Positions 45,431 to 56,916 of a DNA stretch of 64,000 nucleotides are shown here, piece by piece. The translations under genes were made by a program, and so were the position numbers. Under the pieces are notes generated by a model that saw only the letters and a program-made list of their open reading frames with translations, made no database searches and was not told where the DNA came from. This DNA comes from an uncultured cyanobacterium (lineage in GTDB: Bacteria > Cyanobacteriota > Cyanobacteriia > Cyanobacteriales > Microcystaceae), in NCBI GenBank assembly GCA_963807635.1, contig CAWEDJ010000040.1, positions 40,733 through 104,732 of the forward strand. The letters run 5' to 3'. How positions within the stretch are numbered: the first letter of the stretch is position 1; each line of letters starts with the position of its first letter.

Positions 45431-46293
45431 GGAATCCAGACCCTGGGACGGATGGCAGGGCGATCGCGATAGGTCTGGCGCAATAATCCCCAAATTGCTT
45501 CAAAATAGTGTTTAACTTCGGTAGTAGAAGATCCCCGATAGCGACAAAGTAATCCCTCGCCCTGGGTTTGGGTAAGACCAATTTCGCCTTCCTTTACCCA
45601 AAATTTTCCCAATTCCCTCGCTTGAGTCACGACTTCTGTTTCCACTTTTTGCCCCAACCAAATAAAGGTCGCCACGATCGCTTTTTGGTTTAATCCATTC
45701 GGGCTATTAATGATTTCCACGCCGCCCTGTAAACCTTGACGGTCAATCCACAGAGGACAACCTGCTTGCCAAATCTCAATGCGCGATCGCCAATCTCCTG
45801 CTAAAAATTGTTCTCCCCTAGCGGTTCTGCCTAAACGGGTGATTTCCCAGCCACAAAAAAACGCATTTTCCCCTAGTTCTACTCTTAAATTTTGCTGATA
45901 GATTGCTTCATTAAAAATCACCGTTTCCTGGGGAAACCATTCCAGATAGGAATTTTCTCCTAATGTTAAAGTAATAATTTGTTGAGACCGTTCTCCTTCA
46001 CTACGATAGACTTTACTCGCCGCCGCCGTCGTTAATAACACCTGACTATTAGTTTCTAATTCAATAGTTTGCAATAGGCGATCGCCTCCGACAATTCCCC
46101 CCGCCGTATGGAGAATGACGCTATGGCAAAGTTCTGGGCCTTCGGGATAAAACGCACGCTGTATTTTTAAAGGAGCTTGGGACAGAGCCTTGCTTAATTT
46201 CGTTGTGTCTGCTTGATGGGAATAGGTTAGATCTAATTTTCCTGTCCAAGATTTTGAAGCAGATGAAATTGACAAAGGGGACGATAAATTCAT
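45427..46293 (-). CDS. ureD: Urease accessory protein UreD
   Basis: APLKIQRAFYPEG, HTAGGIVGGD, LEWFPQETVIF. Confidence 0.92.
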   Translation of the reverse strand: MNLSSPLSISSASKSWTGKLDLTYSHQADTTKLSKALSQAPLKIQRAFYPEGPELCHSVILHTAGGIVGGDRLLQTIELETNSQVLLTTAAASKVYRSEGERSQQIITLTLGENSYLEWFPQETVIFNEAIYQQNLRVELGENAFFCGWEITRLGRTARGEQFLAGDWRSRIEIWQAGCPLWIDRQGLQGGVEIINSPNGLNQKAIVATFIWLGQKVETEVVTQARELGKFWVKEGEIGLTQTQGEGLLCRYRGSSTTEVKHYFEAIWGLLRQTYRDRPAIRPRVWIP

Positions 46294-46775
46294 AATTGAA
46301 CCAATTTTACTAAAATATCCTTCACCGCAGGCGGTAGTTGGCGCATAATCTTACCTTTTTCGGGATCAATCGCCACTAGAGATATCTTACTGGTCAAACA
46401 TAATTCCTTGGTTTCTAAACATTCCAGACGATAATCCCAATCCAATCTCACCCCCGTAATCTCATTCATTCGGGTTTTCACGATCGCCGTTTGTCCTAGT
46501 CGAATCGCTCGATGATAACGAATAGACAAATCCACGACGGGTAAATCACACCCCAATTTGACTAATTCAGCAAAATCTATCCCGATAGAGCGCAGACATT
46601 CGACCCGTGCCGTTTCCATCCAAGTTAAATAGATTCCATGCCAAACCACGCCGCCGTAGTCTGTATGGTGGGGTTGCACTCGGACAACGTATTCAAACCA
46701 TTTTTCGGTGGTGGCGTTTAATCCAGAATCTAGGGCAATCGCCGTTGTGGGGGGAAGTTGGGGAGAATTTGACAA
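46290..46775 (-). CDS. Acyl-CoA thioesterase (4HBT/YbgC family)
   Basis: VRVQPHHTDYGGVVWHGIYLTWMETAR. Confidence 0.88.
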   Translation of the reverse strand: MSNSPQLPPTTAIALDSGLNATTEKWFEYVVRVQPHHTDYGGVVWHGIYLTWMETARVECLRSIGIDFAELVKLGCDLPVVDLSIRYHRAIRLGQTAIVKTRMNEITGVRLDWDYRLECLETKELCLTSKISLVAIDPEKGKIMRQLPPAVKDILVKLVQL

Positions 46776-46865
46776 GTTAAATAACGGAGGTATTAGGAGT
46801 TGTTTTTTATTTTAGCCTTTGATCACCTGAATGTTAAAAGCTCTCTTTTATAGTACAAACGAACT

Positions 46866-46890
46866 AATCCCGACAAAAATTATCGGGTAT
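46866..46890. promoter_or_regulatory. Rrf2-family (IscR/CymR-like) operator candidate
   Basis: AATCCCGACAAAAATTATCGGGTAT, 25-bp imperfect palindrome immediately upstream of TTGACA. Confidence 0.6.
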
Positions 46891-46959
46891 GTTTGACAGT
46901 TATTTTGAGGGGGTGTTAGAGTAATTAAAGATTGATGGAATTAAGAGGACAAACTCTCT

Positions 46960-48275
46960 ATGACCGTAGCAACACAAACTCCCCAAACTTTAAGCACCAA
47001 AGTCCCCACCAGTTTTTGCACCAAATTGGTATCCAAGGAAGGCAGTACCGAATATCCGCTCAAAGCGATGCACATTTGCGAGGAAACCTTCGCTCCCCTA
47101 GAAGTGGCCTATGATTACGATTTAATGCGTCGCCACGTCACACGGGAAACCATAGAAGCTGCCCGAATTCCATTTGGCGTTATCGTGCTTTTCTCCCCGT
47201 TGAAGGAGATGACTTAATTGATGTCGGTACTGGGATGACTCCCCTCGTCAAGTCCCGCCGCCTAGCCCGTCGCTTAGGTCTAAAAAATCTTTATATCAAA
47301 AATGATGCAGTCAATATGCCCACCCTCAGTTTTAAAGACCGAGTGGTTTCTGTGGCTCTGACTCGCGCCCGTGAATTGGGTTTTACAACCGTATCCTGTG
47401 CTAGTACGGGAAATTTAGCCAACTCTACCGCCGCGATCGCAGCCCATGCAGGCTTAGATTGTTGTGTGTTTATTCCTTCTGATCTAGAAGCTGGCAAAAT
47501 TTTAGGAACCTTAATTTATAACCCCACCTTAATGGCTGTTAAAGGTAATTACGACCAAGTGAATCGCCTCTGTTGTGAAGTGGGAAACACCTACGGTTGG
47601 GGATTTGTCAACATCAATCTGCGTCCCTATTATTCTGAAGGCTCGAAAACCTTGGGCTTTGAAGTAGCGGAACAATTAGGCTGGAAACTGCCCGATCATA
47701 TTGTGGCTCCCCTGGCTTCGGGTTCCTTGTTTACCAAAATTTATAAAGGTTTCCGCGAATTTGTCGAAGTCGGTTTAGTGGAAGATAAAGCAGTTCGCTT
47801 TAGTGGTGCCCAGGCAGAAGGGTGTTCTCCCATTGCCACTGCCTTTAAGGAAGGACGGGATTTTATTACCCCCGTTAAACCCGACACCATTGCTAAATCG
47901 ATCGCGATCGGCAATCCCGCAGATGGCGTGTATGCCTTGGAATTAGCCCACAAAACCAACGGTAATATCGAAAGCGTAACGGATGCGGAAATTATTGAAG
48001 GCATCAAGCTCTTAGCTGAAACCGAAGGCATTTTCACGGAAACCGCAGGCGGAACCACTGTTGCAGTCCTGAAAAAATTGGTAGAAGCGGGCAAAATTGA
48101 TCCCGATGAAACTACGGTTGTCTATATCACAGGCAATGGCCTAAAAACCCAAGAAGCGGTTCAAGGCTCTATCAGCGAACCCTTTGTCATTGAACCCAAA
48201 CTCGATAGTTTTGAGCGTGCCTTAGAGCGATCGCGTACTTTAGAACGTCTGGAATGGCAACAAGCTTTAGTCTAA
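46960..48275 (+). CDS. thrC: Threonine synthase-like PLP enzyme (frameshift at ~47160)
   Basis: GMTPL, PTLSFKDR, CASTGNLA, EGSKT, TGNGLK. Confidence 0.85.
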
Positions 48276-48347
48276 ATTGATAATTATCAACTATCAATTC
48301 ACTAACATATTTATCTCGTACTTTTGATTTAATTTAGTCGATAACCT

Positions 48348-48623
48348 ATGGCCGTTAAAGTATTAGTCCCCACTGCGTTGCAAAAGTTTACCAACAATAA
48401 AGCGGAAATCAAATGTTCTGCTAGTAGTGTTGGTCAATTAATTGATTCCCTCGAAACCGATTGTCCTGGGATCAAAGCCCGTCTTTGTGATGAAGATGGC
48501 AAACCCCGCCGCTTTTTAAATTTCTATGTCAACAGTGAAGATATTCGTTTTCTTAAAGGAACGGAAACCGTTCTCGCTGATGGCGACGAGGTAAGTATTG
48601 TCCCTGCGGTGGCAGGCGGTTAA
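48348..48623 (+). CDS. MoaD/ThiS/CysO-like ubiquitin-fold sulfur carrier
   Basis: C-terminal [14 protein letters not shown]. Confidence 0.9.
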   Translation: MAVKVLVPTALQKFTNNKAEIKCSASSVGQLIDSLETDCPGIKARLCDEDGKPRRFLNFYVNSEDIRFLKGTETVLADGDEVSIVPAVAGG

Positions 48624-48773
48624 TCCCCTCGAAAAATGTTTTGTGTTGCTTTTGGGGTACATTATTGTGTACCTCTTTTTTGTTTAAAGATTGGATATTA
48701 TGAGCAACTTTCCGACTCAAGAATCCAAGCATTTACGGAGAATGTAAGGTTTACTTCGTTAAAGAATAATCCT

Positions 48774-50018
48774 TTACTGTTGCATTTTTTCCAAGATGGC
48801 CACCGCAGTAGGGGATTTGCGGGTGAAGTAATTAAAAATCAATAATTTAAAAAATGAATCGAGGATGACGGGAAAAGTCGCAATAAAAAGATAGATAAAT
48901 TGACGGTTTTCTGGCAAGCCAAAATGCTCAAATAAATTACCTAAAACAACTTCCCAACCTTCGGCAGAATGGAACCCAACAAATATATCGGTTAAAAGAA
49001 TAAAAATAAATACCTTGGTAACGTCATTTAAGCCTAAGAAAATTCGATTGAGGTATTGCCTAACAATTTTAAATTCTTTTCTGAAAACAGCTAATAAAAC
49101 TGTAAAAGCACCGAGGGAAGTTAGGTCAGCAATCAAATTGCCTAAGCCATTTGTACTTTTGTGGGCGGCTTCCTTAGCTAATTCTTGAGCTTTTTCTTTC
49201 AACTGTTCACGTTTTTCTAAATCCGTTAAGGGATGATCTATGCCTAAAAGTTCTCTGATTTCTAGCAAATCCTTAAAGCGAGTAAATTCTTGAAGTTGTT
49301 CCTCTACAATTTCTTCTCTTATTTTTATTTGATTAAATGTTTTATTATCTACCATAAAATGATTAATCAAAGGAGTATATACTAGATTTTTGGTAATAAT
49401 TTGAATACAAAAAGGAATAACAATTAATAAAATCAAAAAACGAATCGCAATTTTGTATTCCTGTCGTAGTTTTCGTAATTCTTGAATTACCTTCTGCTCA
49501 TATTCCTCTGTTAAATCACGAGTCAGATTAAAAAATTGAGAACCTTCTCCAGCTTTAGCCGCAGTACTCAAGGATTTAGATAAACGAGTCTGGTTAGTTT
49601 CTTGGTTTGTTAGGGGTGAATCTGAATCGGTTAGATTTTTTTGTGACGAAGAAATGATTAAATCATCAATATTTTGGCGATATTTACCAATAACTGATTC
49701 AATAAAATCTAGTTTAGTTAAAATGTCCTGTTCTTCATTGTTGAGTAAAGCTGAGTCAGGAGAAGGACTAAAAAAATTACCCAGACGAAATTGGGCTAGA
49801 TTCAAGCGAATTTGGGTCAATTCCCGATCTAAACTACTTTTGAAATAGTCAAAAACACTCTGGCCGCGATCGCTGTCGGGGGCGATTTTCTGGCCATTAA
49901 AATGTTTATCCTCTAAATTTTTAATAATACCCGCCTGTTGATAGGCCCGATCTAGTGCTTTAAGCGATCGCTGATTGACCCATTGATTTGTCCGATTTAG
50001 CCAGACAGGCAACGCCAT
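48774..50018 (-). CDS. pcxA: Proton extrusion protein PcxA (CemA family)
   Basis: K.FIFILLTDIFVGFHSAEGWE, FIATFPVILD. Confidence 0.82.
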   Translation of the reverse strand: MALPVWLNRTNQWVNQRSLKALDRAYQQAGIIKNLEDKHFNGQKIAPDSDRGQSVFDYFKSSLDRELTQIRLNLAQFRLGNFFSPSPDSALLNNEEQDILTKLDFIESVIGKYRQNIDDLIISSSQKNLTDSDSPLTNQETNQTRLSKSLSTAAKAGEGSQFFNLTRDLTEEYEQKVIQELRKLRQEYKIAIRFLILLIVIPFCIQIITKNLVYTPLINHFMVDNKTFNQIKIREEIVEEQLQEFTRFKDLLEIRELLGIDHPLTDLEKREQLKEKAQELAKEAAHKSTNGLGNLIADLTSLGAFTVLLAVFRKEFKIVRQYLNRIFLGLNDVTKVFIFILLTDIFVGFHSAEGWEVVLGNLFEHFGLPENRQFIYLFIATFPVILDSFFKLLIFNYFTRKSPTAVAILEKMQQ

Positions 50019-50029
50019 AATTTTCAGCC

Positions 50030-51496
50030 CTATTGTTCAACCACATTCTTTTTCATCGTACTTTCGTCAGCAATAATTGCCCCATCTCGGAGTTCTAAAA
50101 TACGAGAAACGGCGACCCTTTCCCCCGCACCAAGCCCCGAAAGGACTTGATAGGACTGACCCTGAATATTACCCACATTAATTGGTTTCTGTTTGACCAC
50201 CAAACTGGTTTCGCCTTGTTGGGGCTTGCTTTGTTCGGCCACAAAAACAAATTTTTGAGAACCCACACTGGTAATCGCACTGGTAGGAATTAATAGCCCT
50301 GGCTGACGATTCCAAATAATTCTGACCCTCACGTATTGATTATTACGGAGGGTTCCGTTATTGGCAAAGAAAACTTTAGCGAGAATCGATTGGGCGTTGG
50401 GATCAACAGTGGGCGACACAAAACGAATATCTCCCGTTACCTTGGGTTTGCCATCGTCTCCAATAATTTGAGCGACTAATCCTTTTCGCAATTGGTTCGC
50501 CCGCTCCGTTGGCACATTGATATCCATTGCCATCAAGGAATTATTGGTTAAAGTCGTGAAACTTTCTCCTTGTCGTACATAATCCCCAATTTTGAGGTTG
50601 ATGTTACCGACGATGCCATCAATCGGGGCAACTACTCGGTTAAAAATCAAATCCTGGGTCGTAGAACCCAATTGTCCCTGGGCTTGCTCAATCGAAGCTT
50701 TTTGTCGGCTAATGGTAGCTCTAGCGGCAGAGACCCTTTGTTCAGCCGCTCGAAGATTGTCCTGGGATTGTTTGAGAGCGGCTTTTGCGGCATTGACACT
50801 GGCGAGAGAGGCTTGGGTAGTTGCCCTGGCCGCTTGAACCGTTTTTTGGGCGGCATCTACTTGATCTTTGGCGTTGTTGAGTTCGGTGGTTTTATTATCC
50901 AAGTCCTGTTGGGGTTGAACGCCTGTTTCTACTAAAAATTTAGACCGTTTGTAATTGATTTCTGCCAATTTTAGGGTGGATTGGGTGCGTCTGAGGTCAG
51001 CTTCCCGCGTTTTTGTCGTCTCTTCGGAATTCGCTAAATTGGCGATCGCATTGGCAATGTTGGCTTGTTGGGTCACAATTTCTGATTTAGCGGCATCCCG
51101 TTGAGCCTCTACCGTTCTCAGATCGGCATTACTCCCTTCAAGATTCGCTTTTTGAATATTCACATTACCGACGGCCGCATTCACGTTTTCCTGCTGTTGG
51201 GTCGGCTCTAATAGAATAATGGGATCATTGCGTTTCACCGCTTGTCCATAGGACGCAAAAACCTTCAAAATTCGACCATTAATTTGGGGGGCTAACTGAA
51301 CAAACTGATCCGCCACCAGATTTCCCACAAAATCACTACTATCTATGACACTCTGGGGTTCAACTTCCTGGAGCCTGACGGGAATTGCTCTAGGGGCAGC
51401 CGCTTGCTTTTTTTCACCGCCGCCACAGGCAGTCGTCAGAAAGGAAAGCACTAATACCAAACCAAGGACTTGACGGGAAAAAGGAGTGTTAACCAT
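50030..51496 (-). CDS. RND efflux periplasmic adaptor (membrane fusion lipoprotein)
   Basis: Lipobox-like TTAC, long alpha hairpin, VAPIDGIVG, IPTSAI. Confidence 0.88.
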   Translation of the reverse strand: MVNTPFSRQVLGLVLVLSFLTTACGGGEKKQAAAPRAIPVRLQEVEPQSVIDSSDFVGNLVADQFVQLAPQINGRILKVFASYGQAVKRNDPIILLEPTQQQENVNAAVGNVNIQKANLEGSNADLRTVEAQRDAAKSEIVTQQANIANAIANLANSEETTKTREADLRRTQSTLKLAEINYKRSKFLVETGVQPQQDLDNKTTELNNAKDQVDAAQKTVQAARATTQASLASVNAAKAALKQSQDNLRAAEQRVSAARATISRQKASIEQAQGQLGSTTQDLIFNRVVAPIDGIVGNINLKIGDYVRQGESFTTLTNNSLMAMDINVPTERANQLRKGLVAQIIGDDGKPKVTGDIRFVSPTVDPNAQSILAKVFFANNGTLRNNQYVRVRIIWNRQPGLLIPTSAITSVGSQKFVFVAEQSKPQQGETSLVVKQKPINVGNIQGQSYQVLSGLGAGERVAVSRILELRDGAIIADESTMKKNVVEQ

Positions 51497-51918
51497 GATG
51501 CTAGATATATTGAATCAAAACAATTTTAGGGGATTAATGACGAAAATCAGTTAAATGAGGAGAATAGAGGGATAAATTAACAGTAAAGAAACATTCTATA
51601 TAAAATTAATCTACGATAAATCTACTTGATTTACCGTGACACTGCAAGTCCCATGATAAGTTCCTGGGGACTAGAGGGCGACTCTTTACTCTGAGACGAA
51701 TCTACAAAAGAGAAAAAAGAAAAATTAGGAACAGTTTTTTCTGAGAGTGACCTAGTGGTTTATTGAGTAGTTGAAAATGCGATCGCTGCCATCTTGTTGA
51801 TTAACTTTAAAAAAGCGATCGCGTATTACGGTCTTCATAAACTCTGGGTGCAATTGTGAGGCTAAAATGAGAGGGTGATCGCTTTCTTTCACCAGCCCTC
51901 AGACAAGGAGATTCTCAA

Positions 51919-52137
51919 ATGCCATTAGCCCAACTCATGTCACAAATCCAGGAACTTCCAAAAATTGACAAACTTCGGCTCATGCAGTTCCTTGCCACAG
52001 AACTGGTCAAGGAAGAAGATACAAACTTCTTTGTTGCGAACCGAGAGTATCCAGTCTGGTCGCCGTACAACTGTTCTGAGGCTGCTAATGTCTTAATGAA
52101 TCTTCTAGCAACAAAGCAGCAAGAAAAGAATGGTTGA
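51919..52137 (+). CDS. Small hypothetical protein paired with retropepsin
   Basis: AGGAG RBS; DKLRLMQFLATEL...YPVWSPY; overlaps next gene by 8 nt. Confidence 0.75.
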   Translation: MPLAQLMSQIQELPKIDKLRLMQFLATELVKEEDTNFFVANREYPVWSPYNCSEAANVLMNLLATKQQEKNG

Positions 52138-52552
52138 TACTCAAAAGTTTCCCTACAAAATCATTGATAGTAATCTTGGAATGGTTGATCGAATGCCATA
52201 CCTACCGTTGAAGCTCAGTCTTACTGGTCAATCTTTGAACACTGAAGGCTTATTGGATACAGGTGCAAGCGTTAATGTTTTGCCCTATGAGTTGGGTTTA
52301 CAATTGGGCTTAATTTGGGAGGATGAAACGCTCTCAGTTCTATTAGCAGGGAACTTGGCTCGATTTGAAGCTCGTGCAATCGTTGTTGATGCTCAAGTCA
52401 GTTCATTCCCCAGTGTCAATCTTGCATTTGCTTGGACAAAAGCACCTAATGTACCTTTAATCTTGGGACAAGCTAATTTCTTCTTTGAGTTTGATGTTTG
52501 TTTCTTCCGTGCGCGTTCTGAATTTGAAGTTCGTCCCAAACAGGTTGATTAA
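52130..52552 (+). CDS. Retropepsin-like (clan AA) aspartic protease
   Basis: LLDTGAS catalytic motif and downstream ILGQ. Confidence 0.82.
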   Translation: MVDTQKFPYKIIDSNLGMVDRMPYLPLKLSLTGQSLNTEGLLDTGASVNVLPYELGLQLGLIWEDETLSVLLAGNLARFEARAIVVDAQVSSFPSVNLAFAWTKAPNVPLILGQANFFFEFDVCFFRARSEFEVRPKQVD

Positions 52553-52706
52553 ACTTTAAAATCGCGATCACTTTAGTTTGAAAGTGCGATCACCGTCTTT
52601 CGTCTAGTCATTACAACATAATTCTTTTCGGATTTGATGAAACTACACCAGTACCTTGAATTCAAACCTTAGTCTTGTTTTGAAACTATTCTGATTCTCT
52701 AAAACA

Positions 52707-54901
52707 ATGTCTCAAAAATATTGGACAATCACTTGTTTTGCCTACGTGATTGGATTATTCTCTACATTTTTGTTGACCGCAAATTCTTCCTGGTGGCAAT
52801 GGCTCAATCTCATCGGGGTTTTGAGCTTTTTAAGTATTGTGTCCGCTCTTTTTATTCCCCAATGGTGGCGTAGGGGCCAAATCGAGCATTTTGGTTGTTC
52901 ATGGGTTTAGTGGCTCTGATGGCGGCGGTATATTTTCAATGGAGATTACCCCAACCTAGCCCAACCGATGTTAGCCGTATTTTATCCTCTTCTCAAATTG
53001 CTTCCCAAGCCGTTACCGTCAAAGGAGAATTAACCAGTGGGGGCAAAACGAATGCTAAAGGTCGAGTTCAGTTTTGGTTAGCTGTAGAATCAGCCCAAAT
53101 TACTCAAAAATCAGCGTTTCAACCCATGACGGGAACTGTTTATTTGACCCTGCCCGCCTCGGTGGGAACGGAGTTAAATGCTTGTCAACGGGTCATCGTT
53201 TCAGGGACACTCTATTTACCGAAAACCGCTTCCAATCCAGGGGCAATGGATTTTAGAAATTATTTGGCTAGTCAGGGCGTTTTTGCAGGATTAAGGGGAA
53301 AAAAAGCGAAGGTTGTGGGTTCGGGTTTCTGTTTACTTTCCCAACTGCGATCGCGGCTGGTGACAGTCCAGAGTGCCTGGTTACCGAAGGATGATCAGGG
53401 TAAAAGTACAGAAGGTTTGTTGCTCAGTTCCATTGTTTTGGGGTCAAAAGCCGTTAATTTACCCTACGAAACCCGTACTTTATTTAACCAGGTGGGTCTA
53501 GCCCATATTCTCGCCGCTTCAGGTTATCAGGTTTCTTTATTGGTCGGCACGGTGTTGCTCTTGGGAAAATCCCTCTCTCCGCGATCGCGTTTTGGGTTAG
53601 GATTGCTGACTCTGTTGCTTTATTTGGGCTTAACAGGTTTTCAGTCTTCGGTTACTAGGGCGGGTGTAATGTGGTTAGCGATTTTAGCGAGTGTCTTTGG
53701 CGATCGCAGGGTTAAACCGTTGGGATCGTTATTGGTAGCCGTCACCGTTTTATTGCTGATTATGCCGATCTGGATTTGGGATTTGGGTTTTCAGTTAAGT
53801 GTTTTAGCGACCTTGGGAATTATCGTCACCGCGCCTTATTTAGAAAAAAAATTCGATTTCTTACCGCCAAAAATTGCCAATATCATCGCCATTCCCCTAG
53901 CGGCTTCTCTTTGGACACTGCCGCTACTGTTGAGTCAGTTTAGTTTGTTGTTTCTCCAAGCCATACCTTTGAATATTTTAGTTACGCCTTTAGTCGAAAT
54001 TATCAGTTTGGGGGGAATGATTAGTGCGATCGCGGGCTTGATTATTCCGCCCCTTGGCAGTGGGATCAGCCTTTTACTTTATTACCCGATCCATTGGTTG
54101 ATGGAAACCGCTAAATTTTTTAGTCAATTTTCCTCTTTTGCGCCAGGCAAAATGTCCATCGGTGTTTTGTTATTGATTTATCTTGGTATGGTCTTGATTT
54201 GGTTATTTCCTTGGTGGCAAAGGCGTTCCTTAATGGTTGGAACCGCAATGATCGGTTTGATTTTTTTACCCCTAATTTATCAGCATTTCACCTTAAATAA
54301 AGTGACAATTTTTGATACTAACAAACAACCCGCTCTAGTCATCCAAAACCAAACTCAAGTTACTCTGATCCACTATGGCGATCGCGAAACGAATCAATTT
54401 ACCTTATCGCCATTTTTTGCTCAGGAAGCCATTAATCAGATTGAATGTGAATTGAATCTATCGGTTGCTCAAAAAACGCTCAGGGAAGAACAAACCCTGA
54501 CATTTATGCCAAAGATTAAACAACAATTTTATCTCGACTCCCCAGAACTTTGTCCAAAAATTCAAAAATTAAACGAAAATCTTCCGATTCTTCAACTTAA
54601 TTTACCCGATCAAAATTGGTGGTTAGTAACCGACATAAAACGCCCTATTTCTAAGGAGAACTTGCCGAGAAACCAGTCTCCCGATGTTTTAATTTGGTCT
54701 GGCAAATCCTTAGATCCAACTTGGTTGGATACATTTAAGCCTAAAACAGCGATCGCGGTTTCCCGTTTCGTCGATCAAAACACTCGTGATTTATTAGAAA
54801 AAGAAGGAATTCGACTTTATGTGACGGGGATTGAGGGGGCAATTCAATGGACACCGCAAAAAGGCTTTTATACTAACTTCCCTGCTGAAAATTTACTATA
54901 G
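52707..54901 (+). CDS. comEC: ComEC/Rec2 competence protein (frameshift at ~52875)
   Basis: GLAHILAASG, SVTRA, DLGFQLSVLATLG, GAIQW. Confidence 0.85.
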
Positions 54902-54985
54902 ATTGTCAAAAGCTTTTGCTATTTCTAAAAAAATACAGCAATTTTAGTTAAATTTTAAGTCCAGTAAAATTTTCAAGTAAAGTAA

Positions 54986-55009
54986 GGACATAATATATTA
55001 TGTCCCTAC
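54986..55009 (-). repeat. GTAG-type REP-like palindrome, copy 3 (inverted)
   Basis: GGACATAATATATTATGTCC-CTAC. Confidence 0.8.
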
Positions 55010-55027
55010 AAAAATACGTCTAATCAA

Positions 55028-55807
55028 CTATAAATATCTTGTTAGTTGTATTCGATACCGTTCTTTTTTAGTTACTGCAATCTCACCCACTTCTAATCGT
55101 CCTTTTCCGCGAAAGGTAATCAGATCCCCCGATTTAATGTTATAGCTTGCCTGGGTAATATCTTTCCAGTTCACTCGCACGTCCCCCCCCGTAATCGCAT
55201 CACTCATCTTGCTACGGGATAACCCAAATCCCGCAGAAGCGATCGCATCTAAACGTAAAGAAGCCTCTACCGTATTAATTTCTTTTTTCTGGGGCGGACG
55301 AATTTTTAACTCATCCAAGGCGATCGGCTGAACCTTAACGGGAACAGAACGAACTTGTTGCAAAGAAATCTGAAAAAATTCGACCATTTCTGGAACCACA
55401 ATAATCTGTGCGCCCCGTTCGCCTAGCGTTAGAATATCCCCGACTTTTTCCCGCACAACCCCTGTATTTAAAATCGCCCCTAAAAAATCCCGATGATTCG
55501 CAGGATCAAATAAGAAATTGCCCTCCACCGCGATCGCCGCTAGGGGAATTTGATCCATTTCTAAGGGTAAATCGGAACGAGCAATGCCGATCCGTTGACG
55601 TTCAGCTTGGGGATAACCGCCCCAGGGTAAAATCTTCAATTCCGTCAATCGACTAAAACTGCGCTGGACTTCTATCAAAACGGGAGGCGATACAAAATCC
55701 GTACAAACCACTTCCCATGTTCTGAGAGCTTGTTCGGCTAAATCAATCACCCTAACAATTTCTTCTCGGTTTTCGATTCCTTTTAATAGGTCTTCTTTCG
55801 GTAACAT
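55028..55807 (-). CDS. Photosystem II S4 domain protein (YlmH-like)
   Basis: GGYPQAERQR, HRDFLGA, SLRLDAIASAGFGLSRSK, RGKGR. Confidence 0.9.
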   Translation of the reverse strand: MLPKEDLLKGIENREEIVRVIDLAEQALRTWEVVCTDFVSPPVLIEVQRSFSRLTELKILPWGGYPQAERQRIGIARSDLPLEMDQIPLAAIAVEGNFLFDPANHRDFLGAILNTGVVREKVGDILTLGERGAQIIVVPEMVEFFQISLQQVRSVPVKVQPIALDELKIRPPQKKEINTVEASLRLDAIASAGFGLSRSKMSDAITGGDVRVNWKDITQASYNIKSGDLITFRGKGRLEVGEIAVTKKERYRIQLTRYL

Positions 55808-55915
55808 AATGTTTTTAAAAACATATTTGAGTAATAGGAAAAAAAGTCAGACTTTTTTTGAGAAACGACAAAAAAATTGACAATTTAATAAAATTTATCT
55901 TCAATTATTTCTAAA

Positions 55916-56436
55916 TTATTCGTAATAACTATCAGGCGTAACGTAGGATTGTAAATTTTCGGGTCTCAACGGTTTCAGGATTTGGGTGGCTTGGGCTTTT
56001 AAATTTTCTGACCCTTCGACTACTACTAAATATTTACCCTGATTGAGTAATTTGCGGTAGGGGACATCATCTTTATTACTAAAACTCAGCCCAACACCGC
56101 CACCGACAAAGAAACTACCCATTGCTCCGCCCATTGCTCCCAATAGACCGCCCACAATATGATTGCCAGGTTCTCCGCCCATGCAAAGGTATTTAATCCC
56201 GTAATCAGATCAAAGCCATAACCTGCGATAAAACCGAAGGGAACCAGCCAATAGGCCATGAATCTTGCCCGCTTCATCCCTTGCAATTTAGTATCCACTA
56301 AACCCAGGTCATCGGGGGATTTGTAACCCGTTCCGACAATCATGATCTGTTTTGGGGTAAAATTCGCCTTTTCAAGGACAGTATAGGCATTTTCTGCTTG
56401 GATTCGGTCTGAAACAACGGCAATAAGATAGGTCAT
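55916..56436 (-). CDS. Cyanobacterial membrane hypothetical protein (frameshift at ~56180)
   Basis: Two overlapping ORFs join into one two-TM Gly-rich protein. Confidence 0.7.
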
Positions 56437-56622
56437 GGGCAATCAAAACAGGGATAAAAACGAATCAAAAAAATGAATCAGCTTACTTTCCATCCTACAG
56501 AATTTTGGAGCGGATCTGGGTAAGCGTTAAAAAAAGAGGAGACAAAATGCCCCCCCTTCTTTTTTTAGGTAAATCGTATCTGATAGGGTTTGGATGATAA
56601 CGTTTTGTAATCCAAGGATATT

Positions 56623-56916
<294 letters not shown>

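Noticed and set aside
39622..46293. pntB without pntA and ureD without the urease structural genes
   Set aside because: Scattered operons are normal in unicellular cyanobacteria, so this is not evidence of loss.
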